NCBI GenBank assembly: GCA_033763315.1
Contig: JANRKS010000016.1
Location: 1-64,000 of the forward strand
DNA length: 64,000 nt
Direction: 5' to 3'
Origin: Deltaproteobacteria bacterium
Lineage (GTDB): Bacteria > Myxococcota_A > Polyangia > Fen-1088
Positions 52,632-61,650 of the stretch are shown piece by piece. Positions within the stretch are counted from its first letter, which is position 1. Each line of letters starts with the position of its first letter. The notes below the pieces were generated by a model. The model ran no database searches. It saw only the letters and a program-made list of their open reading frames with translations, and was not told where the DNA came from. The position numbers were made by a program, and so were the translations under genes.

Positions 52632-54053
52632 TCACAAGATGTATTGGCTTAGGTCTTCGTCTTTGAGCACTTCGGACAAACGTTGCTGCACGTAAGCGCG
52701 TGTGATCGGAATTGTTTGTGCGCCAATCTCTGGCGCCTCGAACGCAACTTCATCAAGCAGGCGTTCGAGCACGGTGTGCAAACGTCGCGCGCCAATGTTT
52801 TCTTGGCGCGCGTTCACAAGCGCCGCCACTTTGGCCAGCTCGTCAATCGCATCGGCGTGCCACTCAATGTTCACGCCTTCGGTGGCCAACAGCGCTTTGT
52901 ATTGCTTGGTGAGAGCGTTCTCAGGCTCGGTGAGAATACGCACAAAGTCCTCGTCGGAAAGCGCTTCAAGCTCGACGCGAATGGGGAAGCGCCCCTGCAA
53001 TTCGGGAATCAAATCCTTCGGCTTGCTGACGTGAAAGGCACCTGCCGCCACGAACAACACATGATCGGTTTTCAGTGGTCCATATTTTGTGGAAACCGTT
53101 GAACCCTCGATGATCGGCAACAGATCACGCTGCACGCCTTCACGAGAGACATCAGGCCCGCGGCCGCTGCCTTCGCGTCCAGCGACCTTATCGATCTCGT
53201 CGATGAAGATGATGCCGGACTGTTCGGCGCGGCGAATGGCGTCTTTGGTCACGCGATCTTGATCAATGAGCTTGCCAATTTCCTCTTCGGTCAAGGCGTC
53301 CATCGCCTCGGGCACGGTGAGCTTGTGGCGCTTTGAACGCCGTCCCACCCCCGGCAGCATGTCTTTGAGATTCATGACCATCTCTTCCATGCCACCGCCT
53401 GAAAACACATCGATCACCGATTGTGTTGAATCCGAGGTTTCCACCTCCACCTTGCGTTCATCCAGGCGGCCCTCGCGCAACATGCGGCGCAGGCTTTCGC
53501 GGGAGGCGTTGCTTGCGTCGTTCATCGCCGGTGCCTCAGCGTTGTTCTCATTGTGCGACGCTGGACCAAGCGGAATCACATTGCTGTGCGGGCCGGCCTT
53601 GGCCGCTCCGCGCGGCGGAGGCAGCAAGATATCGAGCAAACGCTCTTCGGCTTGTTCACGCGCACGGCCCTTGACGCGCTCGCGCTCTTCTTCACGCACC
53701 ATCGACACGGCCGTTTCGGCGAGATCTCGCACCATCGAATCCACGTCGCGCCCCACATAACCGACTTCGGTGAACTTGGACGCCTCGACTTTTACGAACG
53801 GCGCCCCCGCCAGTTTGGCCAAGCGGCGGGCGATCTCGGTTTTGCCAACCCCGGTGGGCCCGATGAGCATGATGTTTTTGGGCGAAATTTCCTCCCGCAT
53901 CGGGCCTTCCACCTGTTGCCGGCGCCAGCGGTTGCGCAACGCCACGGCCACCGCGCGCTTGGCCGCCTTTTGGCCAACGATGTAGCGATCCAGCTCTTGC
54001 ACGATCGCGCGGGGGGTCAGGGCCAGGGCACGCTTGTCTGTGGGCATCGACAT
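52632..54053 (-). CDS. hslU: ATP-dependent protease ATPase subunit HslU
   Basis: [56 protein letters not shown]. Confidence 0.97.
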   Translation of the reverse strand: MSMPTDKRALALTPRAIVQELDRYIVGQKAAKRAVAVALRNRWRRQQVEGPMREEISPKNIMLIGPTGVGKTEIARRLAKLAGAPFVKVEASKFTEVGYVGRDVDSMVRDLAETAVSMVREEERERVKGRAREQAEERLLDILLPPPRGAAKAGPHSNVIPLGPASHNENNAEAPAMNDASNASRESLRRMLREGRLDERKVEVETSDSTQSVIDVFSGGGMEEMVMNLKDMLPGVGRRSKRHKLTVPEAMDALTEEEIGKLIDQDRVTKDAIRRAEQSGIIFIDEIDKVAGREGSGRGPDVSREGVQRDLLPIIEGSTVSTKYGPLKTDHVLFVAAGAFHVSKPKDLIPELQGRFPIRVELEALSDEDFVRILTEPENALTKQYKALLATEGVNIEWHADAIDELAKVAALVNARQENIGARRLHTVLERLLDEVAFEAPEIGAQTIPITRAYVQQRLSEVLKDEDLSQYIL

Positions 54054-54245
54054 GGACCGGCAAAGATAGCGCCCTGCCTCGGGTTGCGACAGGCCGAGGC
54101 ACCTAGTTGCACACCGGCACTTCTCATTTCGAGGTACCGAGCGTGTTGAACATACCGGCAAGGGCAAGGGCAAGCGCGTCGCGGCGGCCCCCATTCGCCT
54201 TCCTCCCGATTCACTTACGCGCGCAATTCATCGAAAGGTCCGGTT

Positions 54246-54950
54246 ATGGCATTGGCAAGGAAGACAACGATTCTGCTGAGCACGTTCTTGTTCACGGCGG
54301 GCACACTCGCCGCTTGCGCTGGCGACGGCACCGATGGTTCAGGCAGCAACACGGGCAGCGGCAACACCACAGGCAGCGGCAACACCAGCGGTGGTGGTAA
54401 CACGAGCGGAAATTCTTCGGGTGGCATTTCTACCGTGGGCGGATACCACACGAGTGGATCGTTTAAGGGTTACTTCTGGACCAGCTCTGATTCGAAGGCA
54501 CCAGGTACGGGCACTTCAACCATTTCACCCGACGACTATTCCACCAATGGAAAGATCTGTGCAAAGGGCACAGCCGCCAAGGTGCCAAGCGACACCGCTT
54601 ACAGCACACACTGGGGAACGCTGGTCGGTTGGAACATCAACCAAGGTGAGATGCCTCCCAATGATCCAGGCAAATCCCCGCTGACCGGCACGATCACGGT
54701 GGGCGTCTCGGGCGCCACCGTACCAATGGGTTTGCGAATCAAGGTGGCCGTGGGCGGCGTGGATTACTGCGCAGACATTGCGGCCGGCACCAAGTCGATT
54801 CCCGTCAGTTCGCTCAAGAAGGAATGTTGGCTGACAGGCGGCGCAACGTATGCGGGAGAGCCCGTCGAAGCGGTGGCCGTTCAAGTGACCACGAACACCA
54901 CGTCAGCCACGCCGTTCGACTTCTGCATCACGGAGCTGTCGATCAAATAA
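54246..54950 (+). CDS. Lipoprotein: Gly/Ser/Thr/Asn linker + 4-Cys aromatic-rich domain (paralog A)
   Basis: Lipobox LAAC, GSGNTT-type repeats, KGYFWT, ICAKG, GWNINQ, DYCA, KKECW, PFDFC. Confidence 0.85.
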   Translation: MALARKTTILLSTFLFTAGTLAACAGDGTDGSGSNTGSGNTTGSGNTSGGGNTSGNSSGGISTVGGYHTSGSFKGYFWTSSDSKAPGTGTSTISPDDYSTNGKICAKGTAAKVPSDTAYSTHWGTLVGWNINQGEMPPNDPGKSPLTGTITVGVSGATVPMGLRIKVAVGGVDYCADIAAGTKSIPVSSLKKECWLTGGATYAGEPVEAVAVQVTTNTTSATPFDFCITELSIK

Positions 54951-55048
54951 CGCAAAGACCGAAGCAGCGGCGGTTCCCACTTTAGCGGGGCCGCGGTGTT
55001 GATCTTCGGCGCTTCACATCTATCGCAACACCACCTTAGGGGCATTTT

Positions 55049-55849
55049 ATGGCATTGGCAGGGAAGACATCGATCGTTTTAGGTACGCTCTTGTTTGCAG
55101 CGGGCGTTTTCGCCGCTTGCGCAGGCGATGGCGTGGACAACGGTGACAACGCCAGCGGCACTGGCGGCAAATCCACAAGTGGCTCGGGCGGCAGCTCAAG
55201 CAGCAGCGGATCCGGCGGCAGCTCAAGCAGCAGCGGATCCGGCGGCAGCTCAAGCAGCAGTGGATCCGGCGGCAGCTCAAGCAGCAGTGGATCCGGCGGC
55301 AGTTCTGGCTCGTCTACAGGCGGCATCACAACCGTGGGTGGCTTCCACAGCAGCGGAACGTACAAGGGCTACTTCTGGACAAGCGCTGATTCGAAAGCCC
55401 CAGGCACGGGCACTTCCACGATCACGCCTGCTGATTTCTCAGTGACCCCAAAGATCTGTGCCAGCGGCACGGCGGCCAAGGTGCCAAGCGACACCGCCTA
55501 CAGCACTCACTGGGGCACGCTGGTTGGCTGGAACCTCAGCCAAGCTGAGATGCCGCCAAACGATCCAGTGAAAGTGGCCCTGACGGGAACAATCTCAGTG
55601 GGCATCTCTGGCGCCACGGTGCCGTCGGGTTTGCGAATCAAGGTGGCCGTGGGTGGTGTTGACTACTGCGCGCCCCTGACGTCCGGATCCAACACCGTTC
55701 CCGTCAGCTCACTCAAGAAAGAATGTTGGCTGACCGGCGGCGCCACATACGGGGGTGAACCCGTGGATGCGGTTGCCATCCAAGTGACGACCAACACCAC
55801 GTCGGCCACACCGTTTGACTTCTGCGTGACGTCGATGTCGATTCAATAA
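55049..55849 (+). CDS. Lipoprotein: Gly/Ser linker + 4-Cys aromatic-rich domain (paralog B)
   Basis: Lipobox FAAC; long blocks identical to paralog A (DSKAPGTGTSTI, GTAAKVPSDTAYSTHWGTLVGWN, GLRIKVAVGGVDYCA, PVSSLKKECWLTGGATY). Confidence 0.85.
   Translation: MALAGKTSIVLGTLLFAAGVFAACAGDGVDNGDNASGTGGKSTSGSGGSSSSSGSGGSSSSSGSGGSSSSSGSGGSSSSSGSGGSSGSSTGGITTVGGFHSSGTYKGYFWTSADSKAPGTGTSTITPADFSVTPKICASGTAAKVPSDTAYSTHWGTLVGWNLSQAEMPPNDPVKVALTGTISVGISGATVPSGLRIKVAVGGVDYCAPLTSGSNTVPVSSLKKECWLTGGATYGGEPVDAVAIQVTTNTTSATPFDFCVTSMSIQ
55187..55303 (+). repeat. 27-bp tandem repeat, ~4.3 copies (GGSSSSSGS)
   Basis: GGCGGCAGCTCAAGCAGCAGYGGATCC at 55187, 55214, 55241 and 55268. Confidence 0.95.
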
Positions 55850-55867
55850 CACCTCACGTCGCCGCAC

Positions 55868-55909
55868 GACGGGGGATGAGCCGCAAGGTTCGTCCCCCGT
55901 TTGCTTTTT
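55868..55909 (+). terminator. Intrinsic terminator
   Basis: GACGGGGGATGAGCC-GCAA-GGTTCGTCCCCCGTT stem followed by TGCTTTTT; lies between convergent paralog B and hslV. Confidence 0.8.
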
Positions 55910-55914
55910 CAGCG

Positions 55915-56466
55915 CTATGTAAGCTCTTCGAACACCAAGTTGTCGTTCGTATAAACGCAAATGTCAGCCGCGATGCGAAGCGCGCGATCAGCGATGTCGC
56001 GGGCGCCAAGGTCCGTGGCTTCACTTAAAGCGCGCGCCGCTGCCAGCGCGAAGTTGCCGCCTGAGCCAATTGCCGCCACCGGGCCGTCAGGCTCGATGAC
56101 GTCACCCGTACCTGATAGCAGCAACGTGCGTTCTTTGTCGGCCACCAGCAGCAAGGCTTCAAGGCGGCGCAACATACGATCGGTGCGCCAGTCCTTGGCC
56201 AATTCAACGGCCGCGCGCGTGAGGTTGCCGTTGAACTCCTTGAGTCGCGCCTCGAACTTCTCGAACAGCGTCAGGCCATCCGCCGCCGACCCTGCAAAGC
56301 CAGCCAACACGCGCGTGTCGTTGAGGCGACGCAATTTGCGCGCGGTGCCCTTCATCACGGTCTGGCCCACCGTCACTTGGCCATCAGCGCCCATCACCAC
56401 CACGCCATTGCGGCGCACGACCAACACGGTGGTTGAACGAATTCGGTTTTCTTCGGACCTGCGCAT
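55915..56466 (-). CDS. hslV: ATP-dependent protease subunit HslV
   Basis: RSTTVL (mature N-terminal Thr), [33 protein letters not shown]. Confidence 0.97.
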   Translation of the reverse strand: MRRSEENRIRSTTVLVVRRNGVVVMGADGQVTVGQTVMKGTARKLRRLNDTRVLAGFAGSAADGLTLFEKFEARLKEFNGNLTRAAVELAKDWRTDRMLRRLEALLLVADKERTLLLSGTGDVIEPDGPVAAIGSGGNFALAAARALSEATDLGARDIADRALRIAADICVYTNDNLVFEELT

Positions 56467-56470
56467 GAAT

Positions 56471-57487
56471 TTATTCTTTCGAAGACTTGGTGGGGTTGCT
56501 GCCGCTCGCACCGGAACGCGGGTGGGCTTTGTCGTAAACCGCCATCAAGTGATCGATGTCCACCTGCGCGTAGCGTTGCGTGGTACGCAAGCTCGCGTGT
56601 CCTAGCAACTCCTGGATCGACCGCAAGTCAGCGCCCTCGCCCAACAAGTGCGTGGCAAAACTGTGTCGCAAAGCGTGCGGTGAAACGGCTTTGACGCCCG
56701 TGAGCGTCTCCCGCCGTGCCAAGCACCGCCGGGCCACGCGGGGATCTAAACGCTTGCCGCGCGCCGAAATAAACAGCGCCGCCACATCTGCCGAAAGTCC
56801 CTTAGCTTGCGCCAACAACCCCGATCGCTGCCCGATGTACGCGTCGAGGGCCGTGGACGCAGCCTGCCCAATGGGAACGCGGCGATCCTTGCGGCCTTTG
56901 CCGCTGCGCACGTTGAGCACCAGACCCTCGCCATCGCGAATGAGATCACCCAGATCCAAGTTGCATGCCTCGGAGATGCGCAGCCCCGCACCGTACAGCA
57001 CCTCAAACAACGCTTGATCGCGCGCGGCGGCCGCGGGCGAATCGGTTTCGGGAACGCCGCCATCGAGCAACTGCGTCGCCTCGTCTTTATCCAAAAAGGT
57101 GGGCAAATTGTGGCCCCGCTTTGGGCCGCGCAGTGTGCCCACGGGGCTGCTGGCGATCAAACGGCGGCGCACGAGCAATCGAAAGAACGAACGCATCACA
57201 GCCAATTTGCGCGCAATCGTGGCGCCGCTGTTGTGCCCATGCAGCGATGCAAGCCAACCGCGGCAAATCATCACGTCGAGATCGGGCAACGTCACGTCGC
57301 CCAATCCGGCGGATTCACCTTTGCGGGTTTTGGCGACGTAAAGAAACCAGGTTTCGAGGTCGGCCAGGTAAGCGCGCAGGGTATGCGGTGACGCACGTTT
57401 CTCCGCTGCCAGATGTTGACGGAACAAGTCGAGCAAGCTGTTGCCATCCCAAGCCACAGCCGTGATCGTATGCGCTGTGGGGCCCAA
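56471..57487 (-). CDS. xerC: Tyrosine recombinase XerC
   Basis: [46 protein letters not shown]; position upstream of hslV is conserved. Confidence 0.93.
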   Translation of the reverse strand: MGPTAHTITAVAWDGNSLLDLFRQHLAAEKRASPHTLRAYLADLETWFLYVAKTRKGESAGLGDVTLPDLDVMICRGWLASLHGHNSGATIARKLAVMRSFFRLLVRRRLIASSPVGTLRGPKRGHNLPTFLDKDEATQLLDGGVPETDSPAAAARDQALFEVLYGAGLRISEACNLDLGDLIRDGEGLVLNVRSGKGRKDRRVPIGQAASTALDAYIGQRSGLLAQAKGLSADVAALFISARGKRLDPRVARRCLARRETLTGVKAVSPHALRHSFATHLLGEGADLRSIQELLGHASLRTTQRYAQVDIDHLMAVYDKAHPRSGASGSNPTKSSKE

Positions 57488-57590
57488 GTGCGAAAAATCA
57501 TTACGACGAATTCAAGAAGCCTCCGATCTTCGCGAGCTGTGTCAACAGCTGGCATGTTCAACATTGTGACTTGAGACGACACAGCACTGA

Positions 57591-58247
57591 TTAGGCCCCA
57601 GAGCGCAACAGCATGAAGGTTGTGGTGCCGAGCCACGCCACTGTGCAGAGGGCCGCTACCCTTTGAAAGGCCGGTAAAGCACGACCGAACCCGCCGCCAA
57701 ACCACGTGTGGACGACGAAGACGCCGGCCGTCGCCACAACGAAGAGCAAAGTGGCGGCCCCAAGGACACGAATTGATACCGTAACGTCTGGCTCGAACGT
57801 TCGCCCAACAATGACAGCCGCGGCTGCAACCAACCCCGGCAGCGTGGCCAGCACGATCGCCGCCGTGTGAAACTTAGGGAGCCGATCGGACGGGGTCAGC
57901 GCGACCGCTATAAGGCCCACAGATGAAATAACGCCAACGACCGAACACACACGCCCCAAAACCGGCCTCGACGGCAAAAAAGCCGGCGCCAGGGTCCAGT
58001 AAACCGCCATCAACACCACCAGCAGCAGCATGCCGGCCGTGGCCAAGCGCGCGCCGAGCACGTTGCGGCCGCCGCCCAGAGCGTGCTCGTGCAACAGGTC
58101 GCACAAGTAGTTGTACCAAAAGTGGTGCCGCGGGTACGTGCGGTCATGGTACGTGCCGCCAGGGTAGACCGCCGCGGATGCCACCATCAGCACCAGGAAC
58201 AAAGCCAGGGCGGAAAGCACAAACAAACAACGCACACGCAGCGACAT
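57591..58247 (-). CDS. Integral membrane protein (YPGG/NYLCDL type)
   Basis: About six hydrophobic segments; AVYPGG and WYNYLCDL loop. Confidence 0.75.
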   Translation of the reverse strand: MSLRVRCLFVLSALALFLVLMVASAAVYPGGTYHDRTYPRHHFWYNYLCDLLHEHALGGGRNVLGARLATAGMLLLVVLMAVYWTLAPAFLPSRPVLGRVCSVVGVISSVGLIAVALTPSDRLPKFHTAAIVLATLPGLVAAAAVIVGRTFEPDVTVSIRVLGAATLLFVVATAGVFVVHTWFGGGFGRALPAFQRVAALCTVAWLGTTTFMLLRSGA

Positions 58248-58330
58248 CTTGACCTCGGCGGGTGACCCGCCATTTAAGCGTAACACGGGTGCCGCGCGCC
58301 TGCCGCGGCGGCGTCCGCTACAATCGCGGC

Positions 58331-59167
58331 GTGACCACTCATCGACGCTTTGATCGAACGGCGCGGTTGTTGGGCGACGACGGCCTGGCCCGCCTCGCCA
58401 CTTGCACTGTGGCTGTGATTGGCTGTGGCGGCGTGGGTTCGCACGCCGCCGAGGCCTTGGTGCGCTCAGGTGTGGGGCGCCTCATCTTGGTGGATTTTGA
58501 TCGCATTTGCGTGACCAACACCAACCGCCAGCTGCACGCCATGAAGGGCAGCTTGGGCAAATCAAAAGTTCAGGTGATGGCCGAGCGCTTGGCCGCCATC
58601 AACCCCGACGCCCAGATCGTGGCGCGCAATGAATTCTATTCGGAGAAAACATCCGCGCAGATCTTGTGCCCGGAGCCGGATCTCATCATCGACGCCATCG
58701 ACAACATCACGGCCAAGTTGCACCTCATCATGACTTGCCGTGAGCGGAAGTTGCGGTTGGTGTCATCCATGGGCGCCGCCGCGCGCATGGATCCCACACG
58801 CGTGCGCGTGGTGGATCTGAGCGAAACCTACAACGATCCCTTCGCTTACGAGATCAGGCGCCACCTGCGACGCAAGCACGCCGTCGACACCAGCCGCCCG
58901 CTGGGCGTGCACGCGGTGTTCTCCGATGAGTTGCCCATCGAACCGCGCACATTGGCTTATGACAACGGCGGTTTTCGCTGCGTGTGCCCCAGCGGCGACA
59001 ATGGCATGCACAGCTGCGAACATCGCAATCGTGTGGAAGGCTCGATGGCGTTCGTTCCTGCCGCGTTCGGCTTGGCCGCCGCTGCGACGGCTGTGCGCTT
59101 GTTGGTGGGCACGCCCGCACGTGTGGCGCCGCGCGAGCACGCACACGAAACCGTCAATCCTGTTTAA
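58331..59167 (+). CDS. tcdA: tRNA threonylcarbamoyladenosine dehydratase (ThiF family)
   Basis: GCGGVGS, DFDRI..TNTNRQ, IDAID, SMGAA..DP, AVFSDE, GS..FVP..FG. Confidence 0.92.
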   Translation: MTTHRRFDRTARLLGDDGLARLATCTVAVIGCGGVGSHAAEALVRSGVGRLILVDFDRICVTNTNRQLHAMKGSLGKSKVQVMAERLAAINPDAQIVARNEFYSEKTSAQILCPEPDLIIDAIDNITAKLHLIMTCRERKLRLVSSMGAAARMDPTRVRVVDLSETYNDPFAYEIRRHLRRKHAVDTSRPLGVHAVFSDELPIEPRTLAYDNGGFRCVCPSGDNGMHSCEHRNRVEGSMAFVPAAFGLAAAATAVRLLVGTPARVAPREHAHETVNPV

Positions 59168-60300
59168 GGTGACGCGAATCGATCGAACAACGCCCGCGCG
59201 TTGCTGTAATACACCTTTTGCAAAACGTCGTCGGGCAGCCCAAGGCCATAGATCTTCCAGCGGCCTTGCCGGGGCGCCGCATAGTAATCGTAATGCTCAT
59301 CCGTGCTTTGCAGCGTGCGCCCGTAGCTTTCGTAGACATCCGCGCCGTTTTTGTTCCAGGCGCCGGGGGATTCATCGGTGCCAAACAAGATGCGATCGGC
59401 GAATTCGATAAAGAAGCGACGGGCGCGTTGCGGTTGGCGACCAAGCTCGGCCTCGCGTGCGCCGATGTCGACATACACGTTGGGGTGCTCGCGCAGCAAC
59501 GTTGAAACGTAGTCGAGATTTTCAGGCCACCCACCCACGTGCAACGCAACAAACGTGGTTTGCGGGTGGCGGGCGATCATGCGATCCCGCGCCGCCAACA
59601 ACGCGGGCAAACGCGGCCATTGCCGATCATGGTAGCTCCACTGCGGGTGCGCCTGCAGCTCGTCGTAGCGTTCATTGTGTTCGTCGACGGGATCAAAGAA
59701 CGCTTCAGGATCGCCCGTGTGAATGGCGACCGGAATGCGCAACGCCGCGCAGGCTTGCCACACCGGACCAAAGCGCGGATCGTCTACTTTCACCAGTTCA
59801 CCATTGGGATGACGTGCGCCCAGGCCAAACCACTTAAGCAGCTTCAGCCCACGCGCTCCCGCAGCCACCGCAGCTTTGATGTCCGCGGCCATGCGAGCCC
59901 CGAAGTCAGGTTGCTTAAGATGATCCCAGTTAAGCTCGGTGAACACGACGAACCGGCCCGGATACGGTTTCGCCAGTTGATCGAGCGCACGTTGCAGCTG
60001 CGCGCCGTGGCCACCCGTGAGATGAACGATGGTCGCCACGTTGAACCGATCCATCGTCGCCACAATATCGGCAGGAGGAAGCGCGCCCTTTTCACCTTGC
60101 AAGCGGATGTGTTGGTGAAAATCAATCGCACGGAACTTCAGCTGCGTGATCGGCGTGTGTGCCGTGTGCAGTTTGGATTGCGGCGCGAACTTTTTCAGCG
60201 CCAGCTCACCCTCATTCGACCGCGGCTGGCAGGCTACACCCAGGAGTGCCGCCGCCACGACGCACGCGCGAGCGCGCACCTTAAGCGCCCCAAGCAGCAA
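59164..60300 (-). CDS. Amidohydrolase family 2 protein, lipoprotein-like signal
   Basis: IDFHQH, GLK, IHTGDP, LHVGG, ELGRQP, RILFGTD; LGVAC lipobox. Confidence 0.88.
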   Translation of the reverse strand: MLLGALKVRARACVVAAALLGVACQPRSNEGELALKKFAPQSKLHTAHTPITQLKFRAIDFHQHIRLQGEKGALPPADIVATMDRFNVATIVHLTGGHGAQLQRALDQLAKPYPGRFVVFTELNWDHLKQPDFGARMAADIKAAVAAGARGLKLLKWFGLGARHPNGELVKVDDPRFGPVWQACAALRIPVAIHTGDPEAFFDPVDEHNERYDELQAHPQWSYHDRQWPRLPALLAARDRMIARHPQTTFVALHVGGWPENLDYVSTLLREHPNVYVDIGAREAELGRQPQRARRFFIEFADRILFGTDESPGAWNKNGADVYESYGRTLQSTDEHYDYYAAPRQGRWKIYGLGLPDDVLQKVYYSNARALFDRFASP

Positions 60301-61633
60301 AGCACGTGGCCGCCCGCTGCGCGTAAGCGCGACGGCGATCGGCTTTGGCGGCGGCGGCCGACAACGGCGGCATCAGGCCGAAATTGATGTTCATCGGCAC
60401 AAACGGCTCTTTGGGCGCCCGCGCGCGTGTGATGTGATGGTAAAGCGCGCCAATCGCAGATTCGGGGGGCGGCGGCGCCACAGGCTGATCCCGCAGACGC
60501 CCTGCGAGCATTTTGCCCACCAAGAGGCCCATGGCTGTCGATTCGATGTAGCCCTCAACGCCCGTGATTTGCCCGGCCAAACGCACGTGTGGTTGTTCGC
60601 GGAGTTCGAGCTCAGGGCCTAACAAGCGCGGCGAATCGATATACGAGTTGCGGTGGATGGATCCGTACCGCAGAAACTCCGCCTTTTGCAGGCCTGGAAT
60701 CATGCGAAAGATGCGTTGCTGCTCGGGGTAAGCGAGCCGCGTTTGAAAGCCCACGAGGTTGTAAGCGGTGCCATGCACGTTTTCGGCGCGCAGTTGCACC
60801 ACGGCGTAAGGCCAGCGCCCCGTGCGCGGATCCGTGAGCCCCACGGGTTTCATCGGCCCAAACGCAAGCACCTTATCGCCGCGCTCCGCCATCACCTCTA
60901 TGGGCAAACAGCCTTCGAAGTATTTGGCTTGCTCGAACGCGTGCGCTTCAACTTTTCGGCCCGCGCGCACGGCGGCGAGGAAGGCAAAGTATTCTTCCTT
61001 GTTCATCGGGCAATTGATGTAGTCGCCATCGCTTTGATCAACGGCACCCTCTGCTGTGTCACTGCGCGCAGCCACGCCTTTGTCGTAGCGGGACGCGCGA
61101 AACGCCACCTGCATGTCGATCGAGTCAGCTTCAACGATCGGCGCGATGGCATCGTAAAAATAGAGCGGCTTGCCACACAAAGCCCCCAACTGGCGCGCGA
61201 GCCCGCCACCGGTCAGCGGCCCTGTGGCAACAACGGTTGGCCCCTGCGGTAGTTCATCCACGCGGCGCCGTTCAATGCGAATGCGTGGGTGAAAAGCGAT
61301 GCGTGTGGTGACGAGCTTCGCAAACGCCCAGCGATCCACCGCCAAAGCTTCGCCGGCCGGCACGCGGGTTTGATCGGCCGAATCGATGATGAGCGAGCCC
61401 GCCGTGCGCAGTTCAGCTTTCAGTAAGCCCGCGGGATGCATCGGGCTGTTAGAGCGCAAGCTATTGGAGCAAACGATTTCCGCAAGCAAGCTGCTGTGGT
61501 GCGCGGGCGACATGGCCGCAGGCTTGGACTCCACAAGCACCACCTGCAGGCCTGCGTGGGCCAATTGCCAAGCGGCCTCGCACCCGGCAAGGCCACCGCC
61601 GATCACTGTCACCGTGGGCAAGGCTTTCAGCAT
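60281..61633 (-). CDS. trmFO: Folate/FAD-dependent tRNA (uracil-5)-methyltransferase
   Basis: GGGLAGCEAA, VCSNS, ALAVDR, FYDAIAP, FEGCLPIE, FGPMKPVGL, GQITGVEGY, PMNINFG. Confidence 0.97.
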   Translation of the reverse strand: MLKALPTVTVIGGGLAGCEAAWQLAHAGLQVVLVESKPAAMSPAHHSSLLAEIVCSNSLRSNSPMHPAGLLKAELRTAGSLIIDSADQTRVPAGEALAVDRWAFAKLVTTRIAFHPRIRIERRRVDELPQGPTVVATGPLTGGGLARQLGALCGKPLYFYDAIAPIVEADSIDMQVAFRASRYDKGVAARSDTAEGAVDQSDGDYINCPMNKEEYFAFLAAVRAGRKVEAHAFEQAKYFEGCLPIEVMAERGDKVLAFGPMKPVGLTDPRTGRWPYAVVQLRAENVHGTAYNLVGFQTRLAYPEQQRIFRMIPGLQKAEFLRYGSIHRNSYIDSPRLLGPELELREQPHVRLAGQITGVEGYIESTAMGLLVGKMLAGRLRDQPVAPPPPESAIGALYHHITRARAPKEPFVPMNINFGLMPPLSAAAAKADRRRAYAQRAATCFAAWGA

Positions 61634-61650
61634 GACAGCGACAGCCTACG

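Noticed and set aside
56471-57487. Tyrosine recombinase as a prophage or island integrase
   Set aside because: Sequence and position next to hslV fit housekeeping XerC, and no att repeats or phage genes were seen.
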